Shown here in pieces: positions 52,641 to 63,190 of a DNA stretch of 64,000 bases. Origin of the DNA: an uncultured Desulfospira sp. (lineage in GTDB: Bacteria > Desulfobacterota > Desulfobacteria > Desulfobacterales > Desulfobacteraceae); NCBI GenBank assembly GCA_963663165.1, contig OY760175.1, forward strand, positions 1,792,001-1,856,000, written 5' to 3'. How positions within the stretch are numbered: the stretch's first letter is position 1; each line of letters starts with the position of its first letter. The position numbers were made by a program, and so were the translations under genes. The notes beneath the pieces are model-generated. The model was not told the DNA's origin. It searched no databases and worked only from the letters and a program-made list of their open reading frames with translations.

Positions 52641-52820
52641 TATGAAAATCTCACTAAGGTCCTGAAAAGACTTTCAATATTTGTTGTGGGCGGCTCTTGG
52701 TTGGATAACCAAAGCGGCCCGTGGCCGTTATATGAAAGTCTCACTAACAAGCTGAAAAGACTTTCATTATTTGTTGTGGGCGGTTTTTGGTTGGATAACC
52801 AAATCAGCCCGTGGCTGTTA
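52641..52820 (-). repeat. Two tandem 90-bp copies of the two-hairpin leader motif
   Basis: 52641-52730 and 52731-52820 are near-identical, in the leader of the 52617 gene. Confidence 0.9.
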
Positions 52821-53092
52821 TTTAAAATCGATTGTCCTGGTGTCTGAATAAAAAGGTAATTTTTCAAAGTATGCAAAAATCGCCGAACCGTGTCAACCTG
52901 CTTTTGGTTTTTTCGCCGGGGTCGCCTTTTGCCGGGGAACCTGCCTTAACCGCGATCTTGGAGGGAATGTAATGTAAAAACTTTAGGGGATTAGGCTGAA
53001 GGCTGAAGGGGTTTAGGGTTGCGAATCCCTAAAGATGGTGCATCCCTTCAGCCTAACCACCTTCAGCCTAAACCCCTAAACTTAATTGAAGA

Positions 53093-53671
53093 TTATCCTT
53101 CCATTCCCAGGATTCGTTTCACTGCCAGCGGGATCTTTTCCAGCGGCAAGACCACATCAACGACATTGGCTTCAATGGCCGCTTTTGGCATAACAGCGGC
53201 CTTTGCCTGGGCCGGGTCCTGGGCAATGGTATATCCGCCGCTGGCCTTTACCGCAGCCATCCCCCGGGTGCCATCTGAGTTGGCGCGGGTAAGGATAATG
53301 GCGATCAGGTTATGGCCGTAAGCTTGTGCGGCAGACTCGAACAACACATCAATGGACGGCCGTGAGTAGCAGACCGGATCATCCACAGACAGGGCAAAAT
53401 GGCGATCCTTTTCCACCAGAAGATGATACCCGGCCGGTGCCACATAAACGATTCCCGGCAGGACCGGTTCCTTATCCACGACTTCTTTTATTTTGAGCCG
53501 GCAATTTTGGCCAATGGCGTCAACCAGCCAGGATTCCTCATCCTCGCTCCGGTGCTGCACCAGGATGACAGCACCGGCAAACCCCCTGCCAAATTGCGGC
53601 AAAATCAGGCTCAAGGCTTTCACCCCCCCGGCGGATGCGCCGACGGCCACGGCCTTAAATGCGGTCTTCAC
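53093..53671 (-). CDS. cheB: Stand-alone CheB methylesterase
   Basis: GASAGG, VQH, APAGYHL, RPSIDVLF, NSDG; no REC domain. Confidence 0.9.
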   Translation of the reverse strand: MKTAFKAVAVGASAGGVKALSLILPQFGRGFAGAVILVQHRSEDEESWLVDAIGQNCRLKIKEVVDKEPVLPGIVYVAPAGYHLLVEKDRHFALSVDDPVCYSRPSIDVLFESAAQAYGHNLIAIILTRANSDGTRGMAAVKASGGYTIAQDPAQAKAAVMPKAAIEANVVDVVLPLEKIPLAVKRILGMEG

Positions 53672-54516
53672 TGTTTTTCCTTTGCAACACCGCCCGGCCG
53701 TTTCTGATATATTTTCCGCTCTTTATCAATGGTCACAAAATCAGACGAAACCGATGAAAATTCAATGGTCTCCCGTCCTCCGAGACAGAGAAACCCGTTG
53801 TTTAACAGGCTGTCATAAAATTTTTTGAGCACCTTATTTTTAAGGGCCCGGTTAAAGTAAATGAGGACATTCCGGCACAAAATAAGATTCATCTCCCCAA
53901 AAACCCCGTCACAGACCAGATTATGATTGGCAAACACGATATTTTTCTTTAATGATGACCTGAAAATCACCGCGTTGTAATCAGCGCGAAAATACTTGCC
54001 AAAGGATTCTTTACCGCCGCTGTGCTGGTAGTTGACGGTGCTTTTTTTGATCATGGATGCGGCGTATATCCCCTTTCTGGCCTCGGCCAGGGAGTCTTCA
54101 TCAAAATCCGTGGCATAGATGACGGCATTGTCATACAGCCCTTCTTCTGTGAGCAGCACTGCCAGGGAGTAGGCCTCAAGACCGGTTGCCGTTCCCGCAG
54201 ACCAGATTTTGAGGAACGGATAGGTTTTAAGGTAAGGGGCTATGGCGGTTCTCAATGCCAGATAAAAGGCTGGATTTCGAAACATCTCGGTAACATTAAC
54301 CGAAAGATTGGCCAGAAACCGTTTAAAACAGTCAGGGTCATCAAGGATCTTGAGGATCAGTTCCCCTGCCCGGCCAAGGTTTTCCTCTTTAAGGTTTTTC
54401 CGGATCCGCCGGGTCAGCGACGCCTGGGCATAATTGGTAAAATCATACCCGTACTTTAACTGTACAGCCTTTAACAGAAGGGCCATTTCGATTTCTTCAT
54501 CGGTCATCATCATCAC
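53668..54516 (-). CDS. cheR: CheR methyltransferase
   Basis: VTEMFR, IWSAG.ATG.EAYS, ILCRNVLIYF. Confidence 0.92.
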   Translation of the reverse strand: MMMMTDEEIEMALLLKAVQLKYGYDFTNYAQASLTRRIRKNLKEENLGRAGELILKILDDPDCFKRFLANLSVNVTEMFRNPAFYLALRTAIAPYLKTYPFLKIWSAGTATGLEAYSLAVLLTEEGLYDNAVIYATDFDEDSLAEARKGIYAASMIKKSTVNYQHSGGKESFGKYFRADYNAVIFRSSLKKNIVFANHNLVCDGVFGEMNLILCRNVLIYFNRALKNKVLKKFYDSLLNNGFLCLGGRETIEFSSVSSDFVTIDKERKIYQKRPGGVAKEKQ

Positions 54517-54574
54517 TGGCCACTACCGGCCTCCCTTCTTCCAGTCTCCGGACTCCCGTTCTCCCGTTCTTCAT

Positions 54575-57500
54575 CTAAGACAACCATACCCTGAGCATGG
54601 TCAACAGCTTGTCCGTATCCAATGGTTTGGACAGGTAGTCATTGGCACCGCACTCAATGCATTTATCCCTGTCAGAGGCCATGGCCTTTGCCGTCAGGGC
54701 CAGTATGGGAAGATCCTTGAACTTTTCCTGTTTGCGAATCTGCTTCATGGTTTCATACCCGTCCATTACCGGCATCATGATGTCCATTAAAACAATATCC
54801 GGGGTATCCTCTTTTTCAAGGGCCTCAAGGGCTTTTTCACCGTTATTGGCAATCATCACAGCCATGCCCTTTGATTTGAGGAATTTATTCAGGGCAAAGG
54901 CATTGCGCATGTCATCATCCACCACCAGCACCTTTTTGTCTTTAAGGCTGCCGTGTTTTTCACGCTCTTTTTTAAGCCCCTGCTTCTGGTCTTTGGACAT
55001 GTCGGTTTCCACCTGATGAAGAAACAGGGCGGTTTCATCAAGCAGGCGCTCCATTGACGCCGCCCGTTTTAAGACAATGCTCGACGCATAGGTTTCAAGT
55101 TCCCGGGTTTCTTCACGGGTCAGGTCCCTGCCGGTATAGATAATGACCGGGATCATGTTGATATCAGGGTCCTTTTTAATCATGTTCAGCAGCTTAAAGC
55201 CGGAAATATCGGGAAGCCCGATATCCAGGATCATGCAGTCAAACCGGCCGGTTTTAAGCAGGTCCATGGCTTCCTTTCCCGTATTGGCGGCCGTGGCCTT
55301 GACATGGTTGGAGCCGATCAGCTTCATGATGCTCAATTGAAGTTCTTTATCATCTTCAATGACCAGCAGATTTTTCACATCATCGGATAAAATATTTTCA
55401 ATCTTTTCCAGGGCCAGATTTAAGCCGTCCGGGGAAACCGGCTTGGTTAAATAGCCCACAGCCCCCTTTTTGATTCCCTGTTCGGACTCGTCGAGTCCGC
55501 TGATAATATGAACCGGGATGTGGCGGGTAAAGGAATTTTGTTTGAGTTCGGCAAGGACTTCCCAGCCGTCAATGCCCGGCAGGCCGATGTCCAGGATAAT
55601 GGCGGCGGGGTGTTTTTCAATGGCATATTGAATCCCGGTTTCCCCATCCGGGGCCACCAGAGGCTCATACCCGTTTTTCCTGAAATAATCTTCAAGAAGC
55701 GTTGAAAATTGCCGGTCATCTTCAATGATCAGCATGGTTTTGGGGCACTGGCTTACGGATGAAGGCAATGTCGGCCCCTCCCGGGTCTCCTGTGGCGGGG
55801 GGGGCGCCGGTTTAATTTTTCCGGCCGGCGGGGCCGGCGGCCGGGGCCCGGGCTCAGCCACCGGGGCAGGCGCCCCATTTTCGCCGGTAAAATGAATGGG
55901 AATATAGACGGTAAAGGTAGATCCCCTGCCGTAAACACTGGTGGCTTTGAGCTCTCCGCCCAGGATGGCACAAAGCTCCTTTGAAATGGACAGGCCAAGA
56001 CCGGTGCCGCCGTGCTTACGGCTGATGGAGCCGTCCACCTGCTTAAAGGCTTCAAATATAATTTTGATTTTATCTTCGGGAATCCCCTCTCCCGTGTCAA
56101 TAACGGAAATGGCCATACAGGTTTCATGGGAAAGGGTTGGATTGGAAAGTTTAACGGCTGGATCAGGAAAGGAAAAATCAAGGGTAATGGATCCTTTCTC
56201 TGTAAATTTCATGGCATTGCCCACCAGGTTCCTGATGACCTGCTCCAACCGGTGGACATCCGTGGTGATGGTCTCGGGCAGCCCCTCTGCCATGGTCACC
56301 ACAAATTCAAGGTGTTTCTCTTTGGCCATGTGAAGAAATTCTGTTTTAAAATTTTGGCCCAGTTCTTCAATGGTAATCCCGGTGATGCTCAGTTCGATCT
56401 TATTGGCTTCAATTTTGGATAAATCAAGAATATCATTGATTAAATGCAACAGGTTCTGGCCGCTTCGATAAATGGAGGTGGCGCTTTCTATCTGATCCTC
56501 GGTCAGGTTCTGCTCGTCATTTTCAGCCAGCATATTGGCCAGAATCAACAGGCTGTTCAACGGGGTTCTCAACTCATGGGACATGTTGGCCAGAAACTCT
56601 GATTTGTATTTGGTTTCAATCGTGAGCTGTTCGGCTTTTTCTTCAATCTCCTGCTGTTTGACCTGAAGAATGGTATTCTTTTTTTCAATTTCTTCTTTTT
56701 TGGCTTCCAGCATTTCGGTTTTTTCTTCAAGTTCCTCATTGCTGGCCTGGAGTTCCTCCTGCTGGGCCTGAAGTTTTTCTTCAGATTCTTTTAAGACCTG
56801 GGTCTGTTCTTCCAACTCCTCATTGGATGCCTTGAGTTCTTCCTGCTGGCTTTTGAGTTCTAAGGCCTGCTTTTTGGTCTGGTCTAAAAGCCTGGACAGC
56901 TGATCGTTAAACATGGCGGCATTGATGGCAATGGCCAGGGTATCGCCAACAGATTCCAGAAATTCCATCTTGGTGTCGGAAAAAGAGGTTAAGGACCCCA
57001 GCTCAAGCACCCCTTTAACCTCTCCTTCGTAAATCAGGGGAATCACCAGGATCAAATGGGGCACCACATTTCCCAGGGAAGATTCGATATGGATATAATC
57101 TTTGGGGATATCCGTAAAGACAATGGTCTTTTTTTCCAAAACCGCCTGGCCGCCAAGGCCCTGGCCCGGTTTAAACCGGTTGGCAAGCCCCTTCCGGTAT
57201 TTGAAGGCGTAACTGGCCACCAGATAAAATTCTTCGGCCTGCTCATCCAAGACAAAAATGGTCCCCACATGGGCCCCTGAATAAGTACAAATAAAATTAA
57301 CCGCTTTGCCGGCCAGCTTGGTGATGCTCTGTTCGCCGCCGATGATACCGCTCAGTTCTGCCTGCCCGTTTTTTATCCAGTTCTGGTTTTTTGTGACGCT
57401 GTCGGCTTTTTCAAGGGTTTCCAGCATTTTATTTAACGACGGGACCAGGTCATCCTCCCGGGATATGGGGGACATCCGGTAAGCATAGGCTTCATTATCA

Positions 57501-58315
57501 ACAGCCGTTTGCAGGCTTTCAAACAACTGCCTGAAATTTGAAATCCGTTCTTCGAGTTCTGCTTGCAGATCGTCGCGCTCCTGCTTCCTGGCCTTGATCT
57601 GCTCAACCATATCAATAAAACTGTTAAACAGGACCCCGACCTCATCGGCTTGTTTTTTCCGGTTCAATTTAATTGAAAAATCTCTGGACCGGGCCAGATT
57701 CCGGGCAATGCCGGCCAATTCTTCAATGGGCTTGACGATGCGCAGGATTGAAAACAATACCACGCAGACAACGATCAGACTGCTGATGACATAAGCCGCC
57801 AGAATTCTATAGTTGAAATGATGAACCGCCTCAAGGATATGCCGGTCCGTATAGAAAAGCTCGAACCTTCCGACCGTTTTGTCATTAAACCGGATGTCTT
57901 TTGAAACTTTCTTAATGTTCGAAACCCCCGAAGGAATCCGGTAAGGCACCTTTGAGCTGCTAACGGCAATTTTTTGATTTTCCTGTCCCTTTTCGCCCTT
58001 TACAGGGGGCAGCTGCCTGGAGGTACTGATACAGGAGGCCTTGTCAAAAATATTAATGGCAACGATAAAATCATTTTCCAGGATCATCCCGTTCAACCGC
58101 TCGATCTCACTGTAATCCTGCCCCCATAGGGGCTTGGAATAGATAAACTCCGAAAAATGGATAACGCTTGACAGGGAATTGTTCAAATATCCGGTCAACC
58201 GGACCGTATTGTCCCGGGCCATGATAAAAAGCGCCACCATACCGATCATTGAAACCGCAAGCAGGATAATGGCCGCAAGTTTAAAGGCGACTTTCTGTTT
58301 GATTCGCGAAAACAT
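54575..58315 (-). CDS. HAMP-GAF hybrid histidine kinase with three receivers
   Basis: [36 protein letters not shown] repeats; three REC domains. Confidence 0.95.
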   Translation of the reverse strand: MFSRIKQKVAFKLAAIILLAVSMIGMVALFIMARDNTVRLTGYLNNSLSSVIHFSEFIYSKPLWGQDYSEIERLNGMILENDFIVAINIFDKASCISTSRQLPPVKGEKGQENQKIAVSSSKVPYRIPSGVSNIKKVSKDIRFNDKTVGRFELFYTDRHILEAVHHFNYRILAAYVISSLIVVCVVLFSILRIVKPIEELAGIARNLARSRDFSIKLNRKKQADEVGVLFNSFIDMVEQIKARKQERDDLQAELEERISNFRQLFESLQTAVDNEAYAYRMSPISREDDLVPSLNKMLETLEKADSVTKNQNWIKNGQAELSGIIGGEQSITKLAGKAVNFICTYSGAHVGTIFVLDEQAEEFYLVASYAFKYRKGLANRFKPGQGLGGQAVLEKKTIVFTDIPKDYIHIESSLGNVVPHLILVIPLIYEGEVKGVLELGSLTSFSDTKMEFLESVGDTLAIAINAAMFNDQLSRLLDQTKKQALELKSQQEELKASNEELEEQTQVLKESEEKLQAQQEELQASNEELEEKTEMLEAKKEEIEKKNTILQVKQQEIEEKAEQLTIETKYKSEFLANMSHELRTPLNSLLILANMLAENDEQNLTEDQIESATSIYRSGQNLLHLINDILDLSKIEANKIELSITGITIEELGQNFKTEFLHMAKEKHLEFVVTMAEGLPETITTDVHRLEQVIRNLVGNAMKFTEKGSITLDFSFPDPAVKLSNPTLSHETCMAISVIDTGEGIPEDKIKIIFEAFKQVDGSISRKHGGTGLGLSISKELCAILGGELKATSVYGRGSTFTVYIPIHFTGENGAPAPVAEPGPRPPAPPAGKIKPAPPPPQETREGPTLPSSVSQCPKTMLIIEDDRQFSTLLEDYFRKNGYEPLVAPDGETGIQYAIEKHPAAIILDIGLPGIDGWEVLAELKQNSFTRHIPVHIISGLDESEQGIKKGAVGYLTKPVSPDGLNLALEKIENILSDDVKNLLVIEDDKELQLSIMKLIGSNHVKATAANTGKEAMDLLKTGRFDCMILDIGLPDISGFKLLNMIKKDPDINMIPVIIYTGRDLTREETRELETYASSIVLKRAASMERLLDETALFLHQVETDMSKDQKQGLKKEREKHGSLKDKKVLVVDDDMRNAFALNKFLKSKGMAVMIANNGEKALEALEKEDTPDIVLMDIMMPVMDGYETMKQIRKQEKFKDLPILALTAKAMASDRDKCIECGANDYLSKPLDTDKLLTMLRVWLS

Positions 58316-58632
58316 AGATTTTATTTCTCCCTAGCGTGATACGAGGATACGATCACTTTGAACATACTGTTATCCTTTTTTTTTCGTCAAGCTTTTTAAT
58401 TAAAACCGGCATTTTTTTCAAACCTATGGGGAAATATATCGAAAAACACATAATGGCTGAAGCGGCCGTGGCCATAAGTCCGGTTGAAAGGATATTTCCG
58501 TTTAAAGGCGAACCATTGCAAGCCTTATGCTTTACAAGGGATAAAGAAAAGTGGTAAAAGCATGGCCGGCCTTTTAACGTAAGGGCCGTAAAAGGGTTAA
58601 TAACCCCATAATGATTAAAGGAGACTTAACGT

Positions 58633-59319
58633 ATGAAAAAGTATAGCGCAGAATTTTTTGGAACCTTCTGGCTGGTTCTCGGGGGGTGCGGCAGTGCGGT
58701 GCTGGCCGCCGGATTCCCGGACGTGGGCATTGGGCTTTTAGGGGTTTCCCTGGCCTTTGGCCTCACGGTGCTGACCATGGCCTTTGCCATCGGCCATATA
58801 TCCGGATGCCATCTTAATCCGGCGGTTTCCGTCGGGCTGTGGGCCGGGGGCCGGTTTCCGGCAAAAGACCTGGGACCCTATATTATTGCCCAGGTGCTCG
58901 GGGCCATCGCCGCCGGCGGGGTGCTGTACCTCATTGCCAGCGGGAAAGCCGGATTTGAACTGTCTGCCGGATTTGCATCAAACGGGTACGGGGAGCATTC
59001 TCCGGGAGGCTACAGCCTGTTTAGCGCCCTCATCACCGAGGTGGTCATGACCATGATGTTTATTATCGTCATTCTCGGTGCCACAGACCAGCGGGCACCC
59101 CAGGGGTTTGCCCCCATCGCCATCGGGCTGTGCCTGACCCTGATCCACCTGATCTCTATCCCGGTAACCAACACCTCAGTCAACCCGGCCCGCAGCACCG
59201 GCGTTGCTTTATTTGCCGGCGGCCCGGCCATGTCACAGCTCTGGCTGTTCTGGATCGCGCCCATTCTGGGCGGCCTGCTCGGGGCAGCGGTGTATCGCCT
59301 TATCCTTGACAAAGAATAA
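58633..59319 (+). CDS. aqpZ: Aquaporin Z
   Basis: Two NPA motifs; [18 protein letters not shown]. Confidence 0.97.
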   Translation: MKKYSAEFFGTFWLVLGGCGSAVLAAGFPDVGIGLLGVSLAFGLTVLTMAFAIGHISGCHLNPAVSVGLWAGGRFPAKDLGPYIIAQVLGAIAAGGVLYLIASGKAGFELSAGFASNGYGEHSPGGYSLFSALITEVVMTMMFIIVILGATDQRAPQGFAPIAIGLCLTLIHLISIPVTNTSVNPARSTGVALFAGGPAMSQLWLFWIAPILGGLLGAAVYRLILDKE

Positions 59320-59345
59320 GCGCCCGCTGTTTATCGCATAAATGT

Positions 59346-59384
59346 AAAACGGTGCCGGGATTTTTCATATCCCCGCACCGTTTT
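59346..59384. terminator. Bidirectional terminator between aqpZ and the chitinase
   Basis: AAAACGGTGC...GCACCGTTTT. Confidence 0.7.
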
Positions 59385-59415
59385 AATTTCCAAAAGCCTT
59401 CAGAGACAAGCCTTC

Positions 59416-61377
59416 TTATTCACAGTCACCCACATACTCCCAGGCATCTTCCCAGTCCGATCCCACGCCGGGTTCGTAATAATCGGCCGCATCAATATTG
59501 GCCCATGCCCCATAGGGCCATTCTCTGACCTGATAAATGGAACCGTTATTCTGCACCTGCTGACCGTAATCATAGTCACCCAGCCCTTGGGGGTAGTCCA
59601 GCAGGTCGGCACAGGAACCGGTGCTTTGCGACGAACTTTGCACGGTGATGGCAACGGTTTCAGAAGTGGTGGTGTCCCCCTGGTCATCGGTGGCCACGGC
59701 CGTGAGGTCGTAACTGCCGGCGGCAGGTTCAGCCCATTCAACGGCAAAAGGGCTCTCATCATCCACCCCCAGGGAGGTCCCGTCATAAAAGAACTCTACC
59801 TGGGCAATGGTGCCGTCTTCATCTGAGGCGTCAGCTTCAATGGTCACACTGTCGCCCACCGTATAAACATCCCCGTCTTCCGGGCAGGTGATGGAAACCT
59901 CCGGGGCCTGGTTGCCGCTGCTGCTCCCGCCGCCGCTGCCGCTGTTGCAGGTGCCCTGGTCTTCCCATACCCCCCATTCATCGTCTTCATCGGGTTCATC
60001 GCCCTGGGTCCACCACTTGGCCTCCCACTCGTGCCCGTTATAGGAGACCACATCACCGGCGGTATAGGTGTCATCTTCATCCCATTCATCGGCCGTACAG
60101 ACATCTTCTCCCACCACAATGGTTACCGTGGAAGAGGTGACCTGTGCCCCGGTATCGTCCGTGGCCACCGCCGTCAGGTCAACCATGCCCGAGGTTGAAG
60201 TGGACCAGGTCATGCTGTAGGGAGCGGCAGCATCGGTTCCCGTCGTGGTGCCGTCCACCAAAAATTCCACCTGGGTGATGGAACCGTCACTGTCGCTGGC
60301 ATCGGCGGTAATGGTAATGGTTTCATCCAGATCAAAGGTATCCCCGTCTGCAGGAGAGGTGATGGAAACCGACGGCCACAGGTTACCGCCGCTGCCGTCC
60401 ACAGTGTAATTTTGAAACACCGTGGTATAGGCGTAATCCTCTATTTCAAGGCCGCTGCACTTGGCGCTGACGGTTCCAACATCACAGTCGCCGTTGTCCC
60501 GGCTCACCGACCACATGGACAGCAGGCTGACCTCAGAACTGGATTGGGCCCAGCTCAGCAGGGTGGCCGCATCGCTTAAGTAAAACACCTCGGTGGTAAC
60601 ATCATTATAGCCGATCATGGGGGTGACCCCCATGGTCACATCCGTATCAATACCCAGGGCCAGGATCTGCTCATAGGTATTCTCGGCGGCCTGGATCGCA
60701 TAATCGCCCATCTGCCCGTCAGGATCCGGTGCGGCACTGTCCCCGTAATCCATGGCCATGACATTGACCACATCAATATCAACCCCGGCCTCTATGGCGC
60801 TTTGAATTACATAAAGCCCGTCACTGGTCAACCCGGTGGGCAGCACCGGAAGGCAGAACGCCACTTTCAAATCCGGGTTGGCATCCTGCAACTGCTTGAT
60901 CACCCGGTTCCTTCGGTCAATAGATGCTGTATCGGCCACGGCAGCCCCTTCAATATCAAAGTCCACCCAGGTCAGGTCATAGGCATCAATCACACCCTGA
61001 TAGGCGGCCAGAAGTTCTGCTTCATCTTCAACGCTGAGGGCAAGCTCGGTGCCGTTGGCCCCGCCAAAAGAGACAATCACATCCCCGCCAAGGGCCCGCA
61101 GTTCTGCAATTTCATCGGCATAAAAATCGGTGCCGTAGGTGGACTGCCCGCCCCAACCGGGCTGGGCCGTTCCGCTTTCCGTGATAAAGGCCAGGGTAAA
61201 ATACTTTTGCCCGGTTTCTTCATAGATCTCCACCAGGGACGGGGTGGGCCACAGGGTAATATCAATATACGGGGCAAATACCCGGTCCGGCAGGGTGCCA
61301 AAGGCCGACAGGGGCCACCACACGGCCATGAACAGGAATGCCAGGCACCATTTTTTTATGTTTTCTGTTAACCTCAA
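59416..61377 (-). CDS. Secreted GH18 chitinase-like protein with Ig-like and chitin-binding domains
   Basis: Signal peptide; SFGG, DFDIEG, MAMDYG; two VSIT.P.DG Ig-like repeats; AKWWTQG CBM5/12 motif. Confidence 0.9.
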   Translation of the reverse strand: MRLTENIKKWCLAFLFMAVWWPLSAFGTLPDRVFAPYIDITLWPTPSLVEIYEETGQKYFTLAFITESGTAQPGWGGQSTYGTDFYADEIAELRALGGDVIVSFGGANGTELALSVEDEAELLAAYQGVIDAYDLTWVDFDIEGAAVADTASIDRRNRVIKQLQDANPDLKVAFCLPVLPTGLTSDGLYVIQSAIEAGVDIDVVNVMAMDYGDSAAPDPDGQMGDYAIQAAENTYEQILALGIDTDVTMGVTPMIGYNDVTTEVFYLSDAATLLSWAQSSSEVSLLSMWSVSRDNGDCDVGTVSAKCSGLEIEDYAYTTVFQNYTVDGSGGNLWPSVSITSPADGDTFDLDETITITADASDSDGSITQVEFLVDGTTTGTDAAAPYSMTWSTSTSGMVDLTAVATDDTGAQVTSSTVTIVVGEDVCTADEWDEDDTYTAGDVVSYNGHEWEAKWWTQGDEPDEDDEWGVWEDQGTCNSGSGGGSSSGNQAPEVSITCPEDGDVYTVGDSVTIEADASDEDGTIAQVEFFYDGTSLGVDDESPFAVEWAEPAAGSYDLTAVATDDQGDTTTSETVAITVQSSSQSTGSCADLLDYPQGLGDYDYGQQVQNNGSIYQVREWPYGAWANIDAADYYEPGVGSDWEDAWEYVGDCE

Positions 61378-61886
61378 TGTTTGTTTCCTCCTTTGCTCGT
61401 TTCAAGTTAATGGCCGGGTTTCGGCCGGCACAGGAAACATTTAGCAGCAACCATGCCGAAGTCAGCACCATCCCCTGATTTTGTAACCGGCAGCCCTGGT
61501 TCAAGGCACGGATAAGGCAAAAGGAAAAGGCCGGTAAGAACCGTATTTTAATGGAAAGAAGGCGGGTTATAAAAAAAGAAACCCGGTATTTCAAAAAAAA
61601 CTGATTCTGATACCGGGCAGGTCCATTAAACGGATACGGCCGGTGACAGAAGGGTAACCTTTCAGCGTTTTAAGTGAAGATATCGTAACCCGGGTGAAAA
61701 TATGGTAACTAACGGCCATGGGCCGCTCCCGCCTAAAGCCAAATTGGTTTAAAGATTTGTTCGATTTCGATACCGATTTCGATTCCGACAGCCTTGAAAA
61801 ATTGATGGAAACAAGGGTAATCTTTTAAAGCGTGAGGCCTGGGTTTAAAAATGACGGCACAATTCAAAAGGGAACCTCTGGGCTAA

Positions 61887-63083
61887 ATGAAGACCTTCAT
61901 CATTACAGCACTGTTGATACTATCCTTTCTTTACGGGTTTTCAGGACTTCGAATGATTGCCCCCTTAAAACTTAAAAGGAAATGGCGGGTCTGCCTGTGG
62001 GGGGCCTTGATTTTCTGTCTGGCCGCCCTGCCCCTGGCCATGGTGGCCCGTTACCGGTTCCCCGGCCACTGTCTTGCCCCGTTTTTGGCCTGGTTTGCCT
62101 ATATCGCCTTTGGGTTCATCACCCTTATATTCCCCGGTATTTTGATCAGAGACGCCGGCCTTGTCGTGCTTAAGATCATTAAAAAATCATTCAGAAGGCA
62201 GCCCAAAGCCCGCCATAAAGAGGGGGCCGGCAAACCGGACGCGGCCGATCCGTCCCGGCGTCTGTTCCTGGTCAATACCACCAATGCCGCCCTTGCCGGC
62301 AGTGCCGCCGCCCTGACCGGGTACGGCATTTTCCGGGCCGTGAACGCCCCGGATGTGGTCCATGTGGATATCCCCATGGCCAACCTGCCGGCGTCGTTCC
62401 AGGGATTTAAAATCCTTCAGATTTCAGACCTGCACATCAGCATGACCTTGAAAAAGAACCATGTTCAGGCCGTGGTGGACCGGGCCTGCCAGGAACAGGC
62501 CGACATGATTGTGGTGACCGGAGATATGGCCGACGGCCATGAAAAAGACCTGGGCCCCAATGCCCTGCCCCTGTCAGACCTGAAGGCCAAATTCGGAAAA
62601 TACTTTGTCACCGGGAACCATGACTACTATTCAGGGGTCGCCCCATGGCTTTTGCGGATGAACCGTTTGGGGTTTACCCCCTTGATCAACGAACACCGCA
62701 TCATTGAAAAAAACAACGCCCGAATCGTCCTGGCCGGGATCACGGATTACCGGGCCGGCCGGATGGTTCCCGGCCATGCCTCAGATCCGGTAAAAGCCCT
62801 TTATGGCGCCCCCCAGTCCATTCCCAAAATCATGCTGGCCCACCAGCCCAAAAGCATATTCGGGGTGTCCCCTTTAGGGGTGGACCTGATGATCTGCGGC
62901 CACACCCATGGCGGCCAGTATATTCCGTGGAATTTCATGGTTCCCCTGGATCAGCCCTATGTTCACGGGCTTCACCGCCACGGCAATACCTTGGTCTATG
63001 TCAGCCGGGGGACCGGCTACTGGGGACCCCCCATAAGGGTCGGGGCCCCCCCGGAAATCACCATCTTAAGACTGACAGCCTGA
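61887..63083 (+). CDS. Membrane-anchored metallophosphoesterase
   Basis: DLH, GD, GNHD, HQP, GHTHGGQ; N-terminal TM helices. Confidence 0.9.
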   Translation: MKTFIITALLILSFLYGFSGLRMIAPLKLKRKWRVCLWGALIFCLAALPLAMVARYRFPGHCLAPFLAWFAYIAFGFITLIFPGILIRDAGLVVLKIIKKSFRRQPKARHKEGAGKPDAADPSRRLFLVNTTNAALAGSAAALTGYGIFRAVNAPDVVHVDIPMANLPASFQGFKILQISDLHISMTLKKNHVQAVVDRACQEQADMIVVTGDMADGHEKDLGPNALPLSDLKAKFGKYFVTGNHDYYSGVAPWLLRMNRLGFTPLINEHRIIEKNNARIVLAGITDYRAGRMVPGHASDPVKALYGAPQSIPKIMLAHQPKSIFGVSPLGVDLMICGHTHGGQYIPWNFMVPLDQPYVHGLHRHGNTLVYVSRGTGYWGPPIRVGAPPEITILRLTA

Positions 63084-63125
63084 TCGGGCCACCCATCTTT
63101 GGCTGAAGCCTTCTAACCCGGATAT

Positions 63126-63174
63126 AAAAAAATCCCTTTTCCCGGGTAAGCATTTATACCCGGGGAAAGGGGAC
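63126..63174. terminator. Intrinsic terminator between convergent genes
   Basis: TCCCTTTTCCCGGGTA...TACCCGGGGAAAGGGGA with an A7 flank. Confidence 0.65.
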
Positions 63175-63190
63175 GGTTCAGAACCTGAAA

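Noticed and set aside
52628..52876. 82-aa ORF, and the 64-aa N-terminal extension of ORF 41438
   Set aside because: Both are translations of the tandem leader motif; better explained as non-coding structure, although a leader peptide is not excluded.
53093..54516. Flagellar chemotaxis cluster
   Set aside because: No CheA, CheW, CheY or MCP nearby.
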